Source of the DNA: an uncultured delta proteobacterium
GTDB lineage: Bacteria > Desulfobacterota > Binatia > JACPRU01
Assembly (NCBI GenBank): GCA_963745025.1
Contig: CAVUWD010000016.1
Span: 96,001-160,000 of the forward strand
Direction of reading: 5' to 3'
DNA: 64,000 nt
A program made the translations under genes and the position numbers. The notes under the pieces were generated by a model. It saw only the letters and a program-made list of their open reading frames with translations, was not told the origin of the DNA and made no database searches. How positions within the stretch are numbered: the first letter of the stretch is position 1; every line of letters begins with the position of its first letter. Positions 10,082-22,353 of this stretch are shown here, in pieces.

Positions 10082-12904
10082 ATGGAGTGTCGAATTCCTG
10101 CGAGCACGTATCGCGTGCAGCTCCACGCGGGCTTCACGTTTGCGGATCTCCGCGGAGTGCTCCCGTACCTCGCGCGACTCGGGGTGACCGATTGCTATCT
10201 CTCTCCGTGCTTGCAGGCGCGGCCCGGCAGCCAGCATGGCTACGACATCTGCGACCACACGCGGCTGAACGTGCAGCTCGGCGGCGAGCCGGAGTTCGAC
10301 GCGCTCGCGGCCGAAGCCCGACGGTTAGGGATGGGGCTCGTGGTCGACTTCGTGCCCAACCACATGGGCATCGATCCGAAAACCAATCGCTGGTGGTGGA
10401 ACGTGCTCGAAGACGGCCCGTGCTCGCGGTACGCCCGCTTCTTCGACATCGACTGGCATCCGATCAAGTCGGAGCTCGAGGGGAAGCTGCTGCTCGCGAT
10501 CCTTGGCCGGCCTTACGGGGAGGCGCTCGAGCGCGGAGAGCTCGTACTCGCAGTTGACGAGGGCCGGCTCGTACTACGCTATTTCGACCACGAGCTCCCG
10601 ATCGATCCGCGGCTCGCTCCACGGGTGCTCGAGCGGAACGTCGAAGCGCTTCGCGCGGAGCTCGGCGACGAGGACTCGGCCCTCCGCGAGTTTCTGAGCA
10701 TCGCGGCGGCGCTCCGCAACCTTCCGACCGAGCCCGAACCCGATCGCATCACCGAGCGCGAGCGCGAGAAGGAATTCGCCCGTGAGCGCCTGGCGCGGTT
10801 GCTCGAGCGCTCGCCACCGATCGCCCGCCACGTGGACGACGCGATCGCCGGCGTCAATGGCAAGCCCGAGTTGCCCGCGAGCTTCGACGATCTCCACGAT
10901 CTGCTCGAAGGCCAATCGTATCGCCTCGCCTACTGGCGAGCGGCGTCGCACGAGATCAACTACCGGCGCTTCTTCGACGTGAACGATCTCGCTGCTCTCC
11001 GCATCGAGGATCCCGCCGTGTTCGAGGCGACGCACGCGCGCATGGTGCGCCTGGTACGAGAGGAGAAGATCACCGGACTTCGGATCGATCACATCGACGG
11101 CCTGTTCGATCCAAGCGGCTACCTCTCGCGCCTGCACGAGGCGACCGGTCCGTGCTACGTCGTCGTCGAGAAGATCCTGACGGGCAACGAGACCTTGCGC
11201 GAGGGGTGGTTGACGCACGGTACGACGGGCTATGAGTTCCTGAACGATCTGAACGGCATCTTCGTCGACTCGCGGGGCGAGCGGCCGCTGCGCCGCTTCT
11301 ACGAGCGCTTCACTAAACGCACGGCGCCGTTCCCCATCCTCACCTACGTCGGCAAGAAGCTCATCGTCGAGACCTCGCTCGCGAGCGAGCTCGCGATGCT
11401 CGCGGATGCGCTGAACCGCATCTCCGAACAAGACCGCCGCTCTCGTGACTTCACGCTGCAGAGCCTTCGAGACGTGCTGATCGAGGTGACGGCGACCTTT
11501 CCCGTCTATCGCACGTACGTCGACCGGAGTGGAGCCCGCGACTTCGATCTCCGTGCGATCGACAGCGCGATCTTGCGCGCGAGGCGGCGAAATCCGGCGA
11601 TGGAGAAGTCGATCTTCGCGTTCGTGCGCAAGGTGCTGCTCGCCGAAGCCGACGGATTCCCTGAGGCCGAGTACTTCCGCCGCCTCGAGTTCGCGATGAA
11701 GTTTCAGCAGTACAGCGGCCCGGTGCAGGCCAAAGGCCTGGAGGACACTGCCTTCTATCGCTACAACCTGCTCGTCTCGTTGAACGAGGTGGGGGGTGAT
11801 CCGCAGCGCTTCGGACGGTCGGTCGCCAACTTCCACGGCGCGAACCGATACCGGCGCGAGCACTGGCCTGCGACGATGCTCGCCACCTCGACGCACGACA
11901 CCAAGCGGAGTGAGGATGTTCGCGCGCGAGTCAACGTGCTCTCGGAGCTGCCCGACGAATGGTCGCGGGTGGTGTCGCGCTGCAGCCGATGGAATGCGCG
12001 CAACCGTACGGCGACCGAGGGCGACAAGGCTCCCGACCGCAACGACGAGCTGCTCTTCTATCAGTCGCTCGTCGGCGTCTGGCCCTTCGGCGCGACACGG
12101 GCCGACGCGACGCTCGTCGAGCGCTTGGTCCGGTGCATGGGCAAGTCGGCAAAGGAAGCGAAGCTCCACACGAGTTGGATCAATGACGACCCGGCGTACG
12201 AGGGGGCGCTGAAGAGCTTCGTCGAGAAGACGTTGACCGGCGAGCGGACGGCGAAGTTCTTCGAGTCGTTCCTGCCGTTCCAGCAGCGAGTGACGAGACT
12301 CGGCATGGTAAACTCACTCGCCCAGGTGCTGCTCAAGATCGTCTCGCCCGGCGTCGCAGACTTCTATCAGGGGAACGAGGTCTGGGATTTGAGCCTCGTC
12401 GATCCCGACAACCGTCGGCCGGTCGACTACACATCGCAAAGGCACCTGCTCGACGAGATGGAGTCCGCACTCGTGGACCCGGCGGCGCGGGGGGCTGCGG
12501 CGGCGCGCTTGCTCGAGCAGTGGACGGACGGCGCGATCAAGCTCTACGTGACCACGCTCGGCTTGCGCCTGCGACGCGAGCACCCGAAGCTCTTCCTGGA
12601 AGGAGAGTACGTGCCGGTGCCGGCGTCGGGCGCGCGCTCTGAACACGTGGTCGCGATCGAGCGGAGTTTCGAGGACCACGCCGTCGTTGCGATCGCGCCG
12701 CGGCTTTCGAGCAGCCTGACTTCGACCGAGCACCCGTGGCCGCTCGGCGAGCCGAGCTGGGGCGATACCACGGTCGCGCTCTCCGACCTCGCCGGCAGAG
12801 ATCTCCTGAACATCTTCACCGGCAATCGATTCCGCGCGGCCGAATCGCTGCTCGTTGCCGAGCTCTTGCAGGCCTTTCCTGTCGCTCTCATCGTCCCGGT
12901 CTGA
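10082..12904 (+). CDS. treY: Malto-oligosyltrehalose synthase
   Basis: IPASTYRVQL, GSQHGYD, DFVPNHMG, INYRRFFDVNDL, GLRIDHIDGL, THDTKRSEDVRAR, SLVDPDNRRPVDY. Confidence 0.95.
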   Translation: MECRIPASTYRVQLHAGFTFADLRGVLPYLARLGVTDCYLSPCLQARPGSQHGYDICDHTRLNVQLGGEPEFDALAAEARRLGMGLVVDFVPNHMGIDPKTNRWWWNVLEDGPCSRYARFFDIDWHPIKSELEGKLLLAILGRPYGEALERGELVLAVDEGRLVLRYFDHELPIDPRLAPRVLERNVEALRAELGDEDSALREFLSIAAALRNLPTEPEPDRITEREREKEFARERLARLLERSPPIARHVDDAIAGVNGKPELPASFDDLHDLLEGQSYRLAYWRAASHEINYRRFFDVNDLAALRIEDPAVFEATHARMVRLVREEKITGLRIDHIDGLFDPSGYLSRLHEATGPCYVVVEKILTGNETLREGWLTHGTTGYEFLNDLNGIFVDSRGERPLRRFYERFTKRTAPFPILTYVGKKLIVETSLASELAMLADALNRISEQDRRSRDFTLQSLRDVLIEVTATFPVYRTYVDRSGARDFDLRAIDSAILRARRRNPAMEKSIFAFVRKVLLAEADGFPEAEYFRRLEFAMKFQQYSGPVQAKGLEDTAFYRYNLLVSLNEVGGDPQRFGRSVANFHGANRYRREHWPATMLATSTHDTKRSEDVRARVNVLSELPDEWSRVVSRCSRWNARNRTATEGDKAPDRNDELLFYQSLVGVWPFGATRADATLVERLVRCMGKSAKEAKLHTSWINDDPAYEGALKSFVEKTLTGERTAKFFESFLPFQQRVTRLGMVNSLAQVLLKIVSPGVADFYQGNEVWDLSLVDPDNRRPVDYTSQRHLLDEMESALVDPAARGAAAARLLEQWTDGAIKLYVTTLGLRLRREHPKLFLEGEYVPVPASGARSEHVVAIERSFEDHAVVAIAPRLSSSLTSTEHPWPLGEPSWGDTTVALSDLAGRDLLNIFTGNRFRAAESLLVAELLQAFPVALIVPV

Positions 12905-13089
12905 CGCGGATTCCGCGCAACATTCTGCCCGCAGCTCCCGCTTCAAGCGTCTAGATGTCCGCTCATCTCCGGGGAGATGCGTCGCGGGTCGTTTCCACGG
13001 CCGCGGCGCTCGAGAAGGTCCGCCGTCGAAGGTCTATCGATCTCGACCGTTGGTCGTGCTCGTGGCGTCGATCCGGGAAATGGCCGCGG

Positions 13090-13200
13090 CAAACAGCCGA
13101 ACCGACCCCCTCGATGAAGTGCTTTTCTCCCCACGGCCCCAGGCCCGCGTCGAACGTTAGCGGCCGGGACCTCGCCGGCATGCCGGCGACCACTTGGTGC
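13090..13200 (-). pseudogene. Short remnant of a diacylglycerol-kinase-family paralog
   Basis: LTFDAGLGPWGEKHFIEGVG matches [22 protein letters not shown] in the intact gene at 20898-21833. Confidence 0.6.
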
Positions 13201-13965
13201 TGGGAGGCGTCGCCCCCTGTCAAAAGAAGCTTGTAATGCCTCAGTTTTGGCCACACGCGCTGGAAATTCCTGAAGGGCTGGATCTTCCGGTCGGCCGGTG
13301 CTCGGGTCGACCGGAAGATCCAGCCACCGCGCGCAAGCTCGGTCATTCCGAAGCCTTCGAGGCGAAGACTGAGGCGTTACATAAGCTTTTGCACCTCTGG
13401 AGACGCCCGTGGTGCGGTGAATCTCCGGGCAGTTCGCATTTGGGGCGTCCCAGATCTTCGCTAGCTCCGACAGTCACGACGCCCGGGGGTCAGCAGAAGT
13501 AGAGGCCCCGCAACCGCGTCTGATTGATTGTGTTTTGCTGTAGAGAAGGGGGGGTGCCGTCATAGGCGGCGCGATGCAGAGTACGAACACCGCAACACTA
13601 GAGCGCCTGCAGGGCCTGCGGGTCCTTATCGTCGACGATGATCGGGACAGCAGTCAGGCGCTCGGCGTACTTTTCGATCAAGCCGGTTTACAAGTATCGC
13701 TCGCCGAATCGGCGCCCGCGGCCGAGCGATCGTTCCAAGACGCTCATCCCGACGTGATCATCGTCGATCTCGCGATGCCCGGACAAGACGGCTTCGCGCT
13801 GGTCCGCCGCCTCCGCGCGCTCGAGCGCGATTCCAGCCAGCATTCCGTCGCGGTCGCAATGACCGGGTTCAGGGATCCGGAGATCCGACGCCGTGCCTCC
13901 CACGAGGGATTCGACGACTACTTCGTGAAGCCGATTGACTTGGCTGCGCTGATTGCGCGGTTGGC

Positions 13966-15381
<1,416 letters not shown>

Positions 15382-15437
15382 GCGAGATCTCCTCTCCACG
15401 AAATCTGACGCATCGCGACCAGACAACCGGGGAATCT

Positions 15438-15461
15438 ATTACAAGAGCTGTAATTCTTACA
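15438..15461. promoter_or_regulatory. Overlapping TGTAA/TTACA dyads in the AT-rich divergent promoter region; candidate regulator site
   Basis: ATTACA-agagc-TGTAAT and TGTAA-ttc-TTACA between the divergent bEBP and ECF sigma genes. Confidence 0.4.
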
Positions 15462-15600
15462 ATTCATTTGAAGGGATTACCTGCGATTGACGGCTAACCG
15501 CTGGGCGGAAGAATTTTTTTTCAACTGTTTTCAGGTGGTTAGTCGCCCCCCATCGCTGGCCCTGGTCTTGCTGTTCAAGGCGGGCCAGGGGGACACTAAG

Positions 15601-16509
15601 ATGCGAACCCAAACAATCAACGAAATCCCGACTACCGAAACCTACGATCTGCCCCTCCTTGCAGAGAACCAGAGTGAGGCAACCGAGTGGCGGAGCGATC
15701 CCGACGTCGTGCTGATGGAGCAGGTACGGGACGGCGACGTCGAGGCGTTCGAAGCGCTCTTCCACAAGTACAGCTCCTCGGTCGTGAAGCTGGCCTACCG
15801 GTTCGTCCGCTCCCGCGAGAGGGCCGAGGAGCTAGCGCAGACGGCGTTCCTGCAACTCTACCGGGCGCGCCATCGCTACGAGCCGCGCGCGCGATTCCTC
15901 ACGTATCTCTACCGGATCACGACGAACATCTGCCTGAACGAGCTCCGGCGTCGCGAGTACTCTGCGACGATCAAATCTCTGGATACTCCGATCGACGACG
16001 GGAGCGGCAGCAGCCCGGCGTCCTCGCGGATCCCCGACGAGATGTCCGAGGATCCGGCGCAGCAACTCGCCGCCGCCGAGATCACTGGAGAGGTCCGGCG
16101 CGTGCTCGATCAGCTGCCGTTGAACCAGCGCACCGCCTTCCTGCTCGGGCGTGTCGACGGCATGTCGTATCGCGACGTCGCCGACACGCTGAACACGTCG
16201 GTGAGTGCGGTGAAGAGCCTGATCTTCCGGGCGACGAGTACGCTGCGCTGGGAGCTCCGCGGCGTCATCGAGGGCTCTGAGGCTCACGCACGCGGCAACG
16301 CTACGCGCTCACGCGCAAATTCGGCCGCGCGACCGGAAGCCACCGAAGCGATGGCGAGCAGTAGCTCCGGCGCCTCGATCGGCTTCGTGAGATGGAGAGC
16401 GAAACCGGCTCGCTTCACGAGAGCCCGGTCCTCACAACTGGCCGACGCGGTGAACGCGATGACTGGAACGGTCGCGCTCCGTTCCCGGAGAGCCCTTAGG
16501 AGCTCGTAG
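15601..16509 (+). CDS. ECF (sigma-70 group 4) RNA polymerase sigma factor
   Basis: GDVEAFEALF, AEELAQTAF, FLTYLYRITTNICLNELRRR, region 4 MSYRDVADTLNTSVSAVKSLIFRA; tail overlaps the convergent gene. Confidence 0.9.
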   Translation: MRTQTINEIPTTETYDLPLLAENQSEATEWRSDPDVVLMEQVRDGDVEAFEALFHKYSSSVVKLAYRFVRSRERAEELAQTAFLQLYRARHRYEPRARFLTYLYRITTNICLNELRRREYSATIKSLDTPIDDGSGSSPASSRIPDEMSEDPAQQLAAAEITGEVRRVLDQLPLNQRTAFLLGRVDGMSYRDVADTLNTSVSAVKSLIFRATSTLRWELRGVIEGSEAHARGNATRSRANSAARPEATEAMASSSSGASIGFVRWRAKPARFTRARSSQLADAVNAMTGTVALRSRRALRSS

Positions 16510-17618
16510 CCGTCTTCCTCGGGCATCGCGAGATCCGAGATCACAATTGCGCACGGCCGCTCCTCGAACAGGCGAAGCGCTTCGCGCACGGATCCGGCGC
16601 CTCGCACGATCGAGCCTGCGGCAGCGAGCACCAGCTCCAGGGCGTGGGCTGAGTCGGAGTCGTCGTCCACGACCAGGACCTCGAGTCCGCGAAGCACGGC
16701 GCTAGGCGAATCCGACGCGCATTTCGATTCGGCCGCTTCTGCACCCTGATATGGAACGAGCGGCAGGCGGATCCGGAATCGCGCGCCGTGGTCTTCCCCG
16801 TCGCTGCTCGCGTCGATACTCCCGCCGTGCAGCTCGACGAGATAGCGTGCGATCGAGAGGCCGAGCCCGAGACCCGAATGCCGGCGGGTGCTCGACGAAT
16901 CCCCTTGTCGAAAGGACTCGAACACGTAGGGCAGTACGTCCGGAGAGATGCCCGAGCCTGTGTCGGTGACGCAGATCTCCGCGACCCCTTCGCGGCAGCT
17001 CAGTTCGACGGTCACGCGCCCACCGGGGGGCGTGAACTTGAGCGCGTTCGACAGCACGTTGCCGATGACCTGCTGCAGCCGGGCTGAATCGGCGCGCATG
17101 GGTAGGCGCTGCACGTCGAGCCGACACTCGAGATCGATCTTCCTCTCGTCTGCAGGGACGGTTGCGAGGTCCACGGCGCCGCGAATGATCGCGACCAGGT
17201 CCGAACTCTCGGGCTCGAGCGACAGCCGGCCCAAGACGATGCGCGAGGTGTCGAGTAGGTCTTCGATCATCCGCGTCTGCAACTTGGCGCTGCGCTCGAT
17301 CGAGTCGAGCGCTTGGCTGTAAGTCTCCGCCGGCAACCGGTCGCTGCGAAGGACTTGGACCCACGTCAGGACCGAATTCAACGGGGAGCGCATCTCGTGA
17401 GACAGGATCGCGAGAAACGCGTCCTTCCGGCGATTGGCCTCCTCGGCGCGCTCGCGAGCCTGCCGCTCGAGCACGAGTTGGCGCTCGAGAGTGCGAACCG
17501 ATGCGTCGGTCGCTTTGCTTTCTGAGGAGACGTCGGAAGGCAACTGGGCTTCCCTCCGCCGCGGCCCTGGAAACCACCGCGGCGGACCGAGCATCCGCCC
17601 GACCCTCGGTGAGGTCAA
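16284..17618 (-). CDS. Cytoplasmic hybrid histidine kinase (HisKA-HATPase-REC), no sensor domain; start uncertain
   Basis: LSHEMRSPL, NVLSNALKFT, DTGSGI, GLGLGL, C-terminal REC VVDDD..SDLAMP..KP. Confidence 0.9.
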   Translation of the reverse strand: MTSPRVGRMLGPPRWFPGPRRREAQLPSDVSSESKATDASVRTLERQLVLERQARERAEEANRRKDAFLAILSHEMRSPLNSVLTWVQVLRSDRLPAETYSQALDSIERSAKLQTRMIEDLLDTSRIVLGRLSLEPESSDLVAIIRGAVDLATVPADERKIDLECRLDVQRLPMRADSARLQQVIGNVLSNALKFTPPGGRVTVELSCREGVAEICVTDTGSGISPDVLPYVFESFRQGDSSSTRRHSGLGLGLSIARYLVELHGGSIDASSDGEDHGARFRIRLPLVPYQGAEAAESKCASDSPSAVLRGLEVLVVDDDSDSAHALELVLAAAGSIVRGAGSVREALRLFEERPCAIVISDLAMPEEDGYELLRALRERSATVPVIAFTASASCEDRALVKRAGFALHLTKPIEAPELLLAIASVASGRAAEFARERVALPRA

Positions 17619-17647
17619 GACACGAAAAGCTCGAATGGCGCCCGCCT

Positions 17648-18172
17648 TCAGGATTCGGCGGCCGGGCGCGCGCCTCGCATTCCCTCGCGGAAGCGATTCA
17701 CCTGGTCGCCGCTCTCGCGCCGTATCTCCTCGCCGCTCTTGGGAGTGATCAGCAGCACGAGCGCGGTGCCGATGGCCAGGCCGGCACCAAAACTCGCGAG
17801 TGCGGAGATCAGCGAGTCGCTCTCGCTCCGCCGTTCGAGGCCGAGAAGGGCGAGGAGATCAGAAGAGCGAGGGATTCGGTCCCATTGGTTGGCGAGTGTC
17901 GATTCGTCGTCGATGGCTGAAGCAATGGCCCGCGAGACCGCGCCTTGGAGCGCCGCGGACGCGAGCGCGCGGCCGGACAGCACGACGATTCCGGTGAGCA
18001 ACCGGCCGCTCAACCCGCCGCCAGCGACGAATCCGAGGCCAGCCGCAGCGCCGAGCGTAAGGTACGGGCTGCGTTCCAGGCCGTGCTCGAAAGCGCGGGC
18101 GGCCCTGGGGGGCGAGGCGCGCGGTTCCCGGGCGCGGCTTTTCGTTCGCCTGCTCGTCTCCGTCTCGTTCAT
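17648..18172 (-). CDS. YtxH-domain membrane protein
   Basis: FGAGLAIGTALVLLITPKSGEEIRR; N-terminal PYLTLGAAAGLGFVAG. Confidence 0.7.
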   Translation of the reverse strand: MNETETSRRTKSRAREPRASPPRAARAFEHGLERSPYLTLGAAAGLGFVAGGGLSGRLLTGIVVLSGRALASAALQGAVSRAIASAIDDESTLANQWDRIPRSSDLLALLGLERRSESDSLISALASFGAGLAIGTALVLLITPKSGEEIRRESGDQVNRFREGMRGARPAAES

Positions 18173-18173
18173 C

Positions 18174-18371
18174 TCACAACCTCGAAAAGATGCGGCCGGC
18201 GACGAAGCCGGCGAAGATCGCCAGTCCGAGCGTGAGCAGCGGGCGCTCGCGCACGAAGCCGCGCACTTCGCGATCGAGACCCTGGAGCGGTCGAGCGGAG
18301 AGGCTCCCCGCCAATACATCGTTGCCGTCGTTCTCTCTAGAACCGCCCGAAGCTTCCGTCGTCTGTGTCAT
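18174..18371 (-). CDS. ElaB/YqjD (DUF883)-like tail-anchored small protein
   Basis: FVRERPLLTLGLAIFAGFVAGRIFSR C-terminus; GGAG RBS. Confidence 0.75.
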   Translation of the reverse strand: MTQTTEASGGSRENDGNDVLAGSLSARPLQGLDREVRGFVRERPLLTLGLAIFAGFVAGRIFSRL

Positions 18372-18400
18372 CGTTTCTCCTTCCCTTTTTTCGAGCGCGT

Positions 18401-18628
18401 TCAGCGGCGCGAGATCCAGACGCCCACGGCAAAGCCGCAGATCAGCCACGGGCAGGGGTTCGCGGCGATCCGCCCGCCGAGATCGACACGGCTCTGGGCG
18501 GCGGCTGCGAGCTCGTCGACCGCTTGCCGGAACTCCTGCTCGTTGCGCTCGACCGATTCGCGCAACGCTTCCTTTCTCTCCTCGAGCGATTCCTCGGACC
18601 CGTTCGCCATTCGAACCTCTGTCGTCAA
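18401..18628 (-). CDS. Small coiled-coil plus C-terminal TM protein (DUF3618/YqjK-like)
   Basis: Charged helix followed by NPCPWLICGFAVGVWISRR; operonic position. Confidence 0.6.
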   Translation of the reverse strand: MTTEVRMANGSEESLEERKEALRESVERNEQEFRQAVDELAAAAQSRVDLGGRIAANPCPWLICGFAVGVWISRR

Positions 18629-18643
18629 GCCTTCCGGAGCGCG

Positions 18644-19000
18644 TCACCGCGGCGCGTTTTCGGCGGACGACACCGTGGCATCGATCCTCGACAAGGCCAC
18701 ACGCAGCAGCACGGCTCCGACCACGCAATTGACACCGGCGACCAGTCCGAGCGCGGCGCTCCGCGACATCACCTCGATCAGCAGGAAGACGAGCATCGCC
18801 GACGTCGAGACCCACGCAAGGAGAAGCAAACCGATCGCTAACCCGAGCGCGAGCAACCCTCGGAACGTGAGCACGAGCAGATCTCGGACCTCTAGAAACA
18901 CGAGGTCGATGCGGTCGCCCACCACCCGCTGGCTGGCGAGCATGACCCGCTCCAGAGCCGACACGACGGACGGTTCGTTCTCGACGGTCTGTGCGTTCAA
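18644..19000 (-). CDS. Phage-holin-like (YqjE-type) two-TM protein
   Basis: DRIDLVFLEVR followed by two TM helices; GGGGG RBS; heads the small-membrane-protein operon. Confidence 0.7.
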   Translation of the reverse strand: MNAQTVENEPSVVSALERVMLASQRVVGDRIDLVFLEVRDLLVLTFRGLLALGLAIGLLLLAWVSTSAMLVFLLIEVMSRSAALGLVAGVNCVVGAVLLRVALSRIDATVSSAENAPR

Positions 19001-19336
19001 TCATCCCCCTAGATCGTGATGTCGAAGCTCGATTCGGCTGAATCCCAATCCGTTTCAACAGCGGAAGCGGCAAATCGTCGCGCCGGTCTATACCGGCGCA
19101 CCCGGCGTGCATCCCGATGTCGACTGCTCGTCAGTCGCGGCCCGACTACCATCGGCGCCGGCACGGGCTTCTGCATTACCACCTGATCGCTTCCACTGGG
19201 TCGCGAGAGAGCACCTATGCTGGATCTTTTCCGGTGCGGCATGCGTCGCTGCTCGAGCAGCCTCAACGGGGGTCCAAACTAGTACTAGTGCGACCGGGAG
19301 GCCGGTTCGGGGTTCTCCCTTCAGGAGGATGAAGCC

Positions 19337-19555
19337 ATGCTACGAACTTCGATCGCAATTCCCATTCTGTGCCTTCCGCTCCTGTCGGCCTGTGGGTCGG
19401 CGCTGGGCGACACCGCCGTTGGCAGCGGCCTCGGCGCCGGCGCTGGCGCGGCGATCGGCTCGACGATGGGCGAAACCAAGAAAGGCGCGGCCGCGGGCGC
19501 CGCCGCGGGAGCCCTCGGTGGCTACATCGCGCACGAGGCTAACAAGCGCGACTGA
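19337..19555 (+). CDS. Glycine-zipper lipoprotein
   Basis: Lipobox LSAC; GSGLGAGAGAAIG..GAAAGAAAGALGG; AGGAGG RBS. Confidence 0.85.
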   Translation: MLRTSIAIPILCLPLLSACGSALGDTAVGSGLGAGAGAAIGSTMGETKKGAAAGAAAGALGGYIAHEANKRD

Positions 19556-20042
19556 GCCGCTTTTGCCTTTGCCGGACCGTCTCTCGATCTCGGCGCAACG
19601 TCGCGCAAATGAGAGTATAACCTGCGCGGCCCGCGTGGCAGAGCGTGCAAAGGGTGTCGCCGGCATCCATCGCACCCCAGCGCCGGAGGTCGATACCTGG
19701 CACCGGGACTTTTCCACGGCCGTGCGCCTCTCCGACCATTGAACATGCTGATGAAGAGTGCAGCGCGGGAAACGCAGCTTCACTTGCTATCCTTCGAGGG
19801 GGCCTAGCGGGGCGTTTGTAGATTTGCTCGCTTCACCAGCGGTTGTATCTCCGCGCGATGTGAGTGTGCGCCAGATATTTCGGGCGGCGTGGTTTGCCAG
19901 CAGAGGGAACAACTGTGAGGCGCGTCGGAGCTGTCACGGTGGCTTTGCTTTTCATTTCTGGAGCGGGTGCACGCACAACAGAAAATCGGGAGGTGTGCCC
20001 CTGCTGCGAACCCGGAGCCTTCGTAGCGCCGCAGGCCCGCGC

Positions 20043-20855
20043 TCACTTGTCGTTCAGCTCCACCACACCCGGCTCGTCGGCACCGCTCGGCGGCTCGGCC
20101 TTCGCCTTCAGCTTCTCGGCCTCGGCGTTGCCGTGCCGCGCGACCGCCCGCTCGAGCTCGCGGTGGTCCGTGAGATCGAGGCGGAGCGGGGTGATCGACG
20201 TGAAACCGCGCGACACCGCCCAGCGGTCGGTGCCCTCCTCGGTCTCCGTGATCGGCACCACGGTGAACCAGAAGTGCGGCCGTCCCATCGGGTCGCGACC
20301 GGGGACGACCTTGCCGTCGTAGAACCGCACGGACTGCTTCGTCCACAACATCCCTTTCGGATGCTCGTTCGGGAAATTCACGTTCAGCAGCATCGACGGC
20401 GGTTTTGGTAGCAGCAGCGACAGCACCTCGTAGAGGGCGGGCCGCAGCGCCTCGAAGTCCGGCTCGCCTTTCCCCACCGGGATGCTGAGCGCGATCGCCG
20501 GCAGGCCCATCAGCGCCGCCTGCTTGGCCGCCGCTAGCGTCCCGGAATGCCAGATGCCGTTGCCGAGGTTCGGACCGAGATTGATCCCGGACAGCACCAC
20601 GTCGACCTTGTCCCATTGCGAGATGCCGAGCGCGACGCAGTCGGCGGGCGTGCCGTTCACGCGGTAGGCCTCGACCACGAGATGCGGCGTCCGCTTGTAT
20701 GAAAGCGGGCGAGAGGAGGTGATCGAGTGCCCTGCCGAGGAGCGCTCGACGTCCGGCGCGACGATGCGCGCCTCGCCGAAGTCGGCGGCGGCGCGGGCGA
20801 GCGCGGCGATGCCGGGGCTGTAAACGCCGTCGTCGTTGGAAACCAGAATTCGCAT
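20043..20855 (-). CDS. surE: 5'/3'-nucleotidase SurE
   Basis: [30 protein letters not shown]. Confidence 0.93.
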   Translation of the reverse strand: MRILVSNDDGVYSPGIAALARAAADFGEARIVAPDVERSSAGHSITSSRPLSYKRTPHLVVEAYRVNGTPADCVALGISQWDKVDVVLSGINLGPNLGNGIWHSGTLAAAKQAALMGLPAIALSIPVGKGEPDFEALRPALYEVLSLLLPKPPSMLLNVNFPNEHPKGMLWTKQSVRFYDGKVVPGRDPMGRPHFWFTVVPITETEEGTDRWAVSRGFTSITPLRLDLTDHRELERAVARHGNAEAEKLKAKAEPPSGADEPGVVELNDK

Positions 20856-20897
20856 GGCGTATTTAGAAAAGGCAGTCGGTTCGTTTTGAGGCTGTGC

Positions 20898-21833
20898 TTG
20901 CGCGTAACCTTAATACATAACCCGGAAGCGGGCGACGAGACTCGACCCACTCGCGGTCAGCTCGAGGCTTTGATCAAGGAGGCGGGGCACAAGGTCCGCT
21001 ACCAGTCCGTGAAGGACAACGGCTGGTCGAAAGCGCTCAAGAAGGAGGCCGACCTGATCGCCGTGGCCGGTGGCGACGGGACGGTCGCTAAGGTGGCGCG
21101 GCAGATGATCGGAGAAAAGGTCCCCATCACGGTGCTGCCGATGGGCACCGCGAACAACATCTCGCGGACGCTCGGTATCGCCCACCTGCCGATCACGCTG
21201 CTGATCGCGTCCTGGAAGAAGGGCCGGCGGTTGCCGTTTGACGCGGGCATGGCCGACGGCCCTTGGGGCGAGCGGCACTTCGTCGAGAGCTTCGGCATAG
21301 GGCTCTTTCCGCGTGCCGTCCCGCACATCGACGCGAACGAAACGATCGCCGAGATCGCCGACGTCGAGGTGAAGGTCACCTACACGCTGCAGATCCTGCG
21401 CGAGTATCTCGAGAAGTGTCCGGCGACGGAGGTGAAGGGCACGCTAGACGGCGAGAACATCTCGGGGCGCTACCTCCTGTTCGAGGCGATGCTGATACAG
21501 TTCATGGGCCCGAACCTGCACCTCGCGCCGAACATACTCCTCGACGACGGAATGTTCGACGTCGTGATGGTCCACGATCGCGACCGCGAGAAGCTGCACG
21601 AGCAGCTGGCGACCTGGCAGGAAGGCGCTCTGTGGCCGTCGGAGTTCAAGACCCGGAAGGGCGCGCACCTCGAGATCGAGTGGAAGGGGTTCCCGGTCCA
21701 CATCGACGACAAGGTCTGGCCCGGGGAAGGCGAAAAGCCGAGGCCAGCCGGCGAGGTCGAGCTGACGATCGAGCCGAAGGCGCTCGAGTTTCTGGTACCA
21801 AAGGATCTGCCGGAGCCCCAACTGCAGCGCTGA
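20898..21833 (+). CDS. Diacylglycerol/lipid kinase family protein
   Basis: [31 protein letters not shown]; TTG start inferred. Confidence 0.88.
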   Translation: MRVTLIHNPEAGDETRPTRGQLEALIKEAGHKVRYQSVKDNGWSKALKKEADLIAVAGGDGTVAKVARQMIGEKVPITVLPMGTANNISRTLGIAHLPITLLIASWKKGRRLPFDAGMADGPWGERHFVESFGIGLFPRAVPHIDANETIAEIADVEVKVTYTLQILREYLEKCPATEVKGTLDGENISGRYLLFEAMLIQFMGPNLHLAPNILLDDGMFDVVMVHDRDREKLHEQLATWQEGALWPSEFKTRKGAHLEIEWKGFPVHIDDKVWPGEGEKPRPAGEVELTIEPKALEFLVPKDLPEPQLQR

Positions 21834-21978
21834 GCGCCTATGCCGCGCCGCACCCCGTGCTCGATCAGCAGCGTGGCAACACCGTTTCAAAACGTCGCCC
21901 CGAAAAACCGCCCGACCGAACCGCTTGAGGGCCACAAATTGTGACGGGCGCCCGCGGCTACGAGTGCGCGCAGGCGTC

Positions 21979-22155
21979 TCAGGAGCGAGCCGGGCGTTCC
22001 ACCGCGAACAGCCGCCACTCCCCCGGAACCCCCTTGAGGACGTGAGCTCCTCGATCCGCGAAGCTGATACCCGAGCCCGTCACCAGGTCCTTCACCGTGC
22101 TCGATACGACGACTTCGCCGGGGCCGGCGCTGCTGGCGACGCGGGCTCCGATAAC
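21979..22155 (-). pseudogene. C-terminal remnant of a class III adenylate/guanylate cyclase
   Basis: [49 protein letters not shown]. Confidence 0.8.
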
Positions 22156-22277
22156 TTGAGCGCGGCGGCCATGACGCGACGGCCGGAGAGCGAGACGCGC
22201 CTGCGGCGCGAGTGCGGAATCTTGGCGATCAAGCCGTAGGCGTGAAGGCGGCGCAGGTGCTGTGCGCACCGTGAAAG
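22156..22277 (-). mobile_element. Probable C-terminal wHTH remnant of a transposase-like protein
   Basis: Manual translation [37 protein letters not shown]; lies between the two truncated genes. Confidence 0.45.
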
Positions 22278-22353
22278 CTAGCGTAGAGCGGTAGAGTGGC
22301 AGTGCCGGTGTCCGAGATCCAACTTTACGTCCGCCTGCGAGCTGCAGAAAAAC

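Noticed and set aside
9916-10258. N-terminal part of the 9107-10258 ORF as a real TreZ start
   Set aside because: Largely antisense to treY and lacks TreZ similarity
10574-12169. Long antisense or alternative-frame ORFs (also 5760-6938, 17739-19019, 48713-50686, 49059-51227, 50908-52590, 53048-54595, 61312-62601)
   Set aside because: Shadows of real genes in high-GC DNA; no family motifs
19158-19178. Sigma54 promoter (GGCACG..TGC)
   Set aside because: GG-to-GC spacing is 11 nt rather than the required 10
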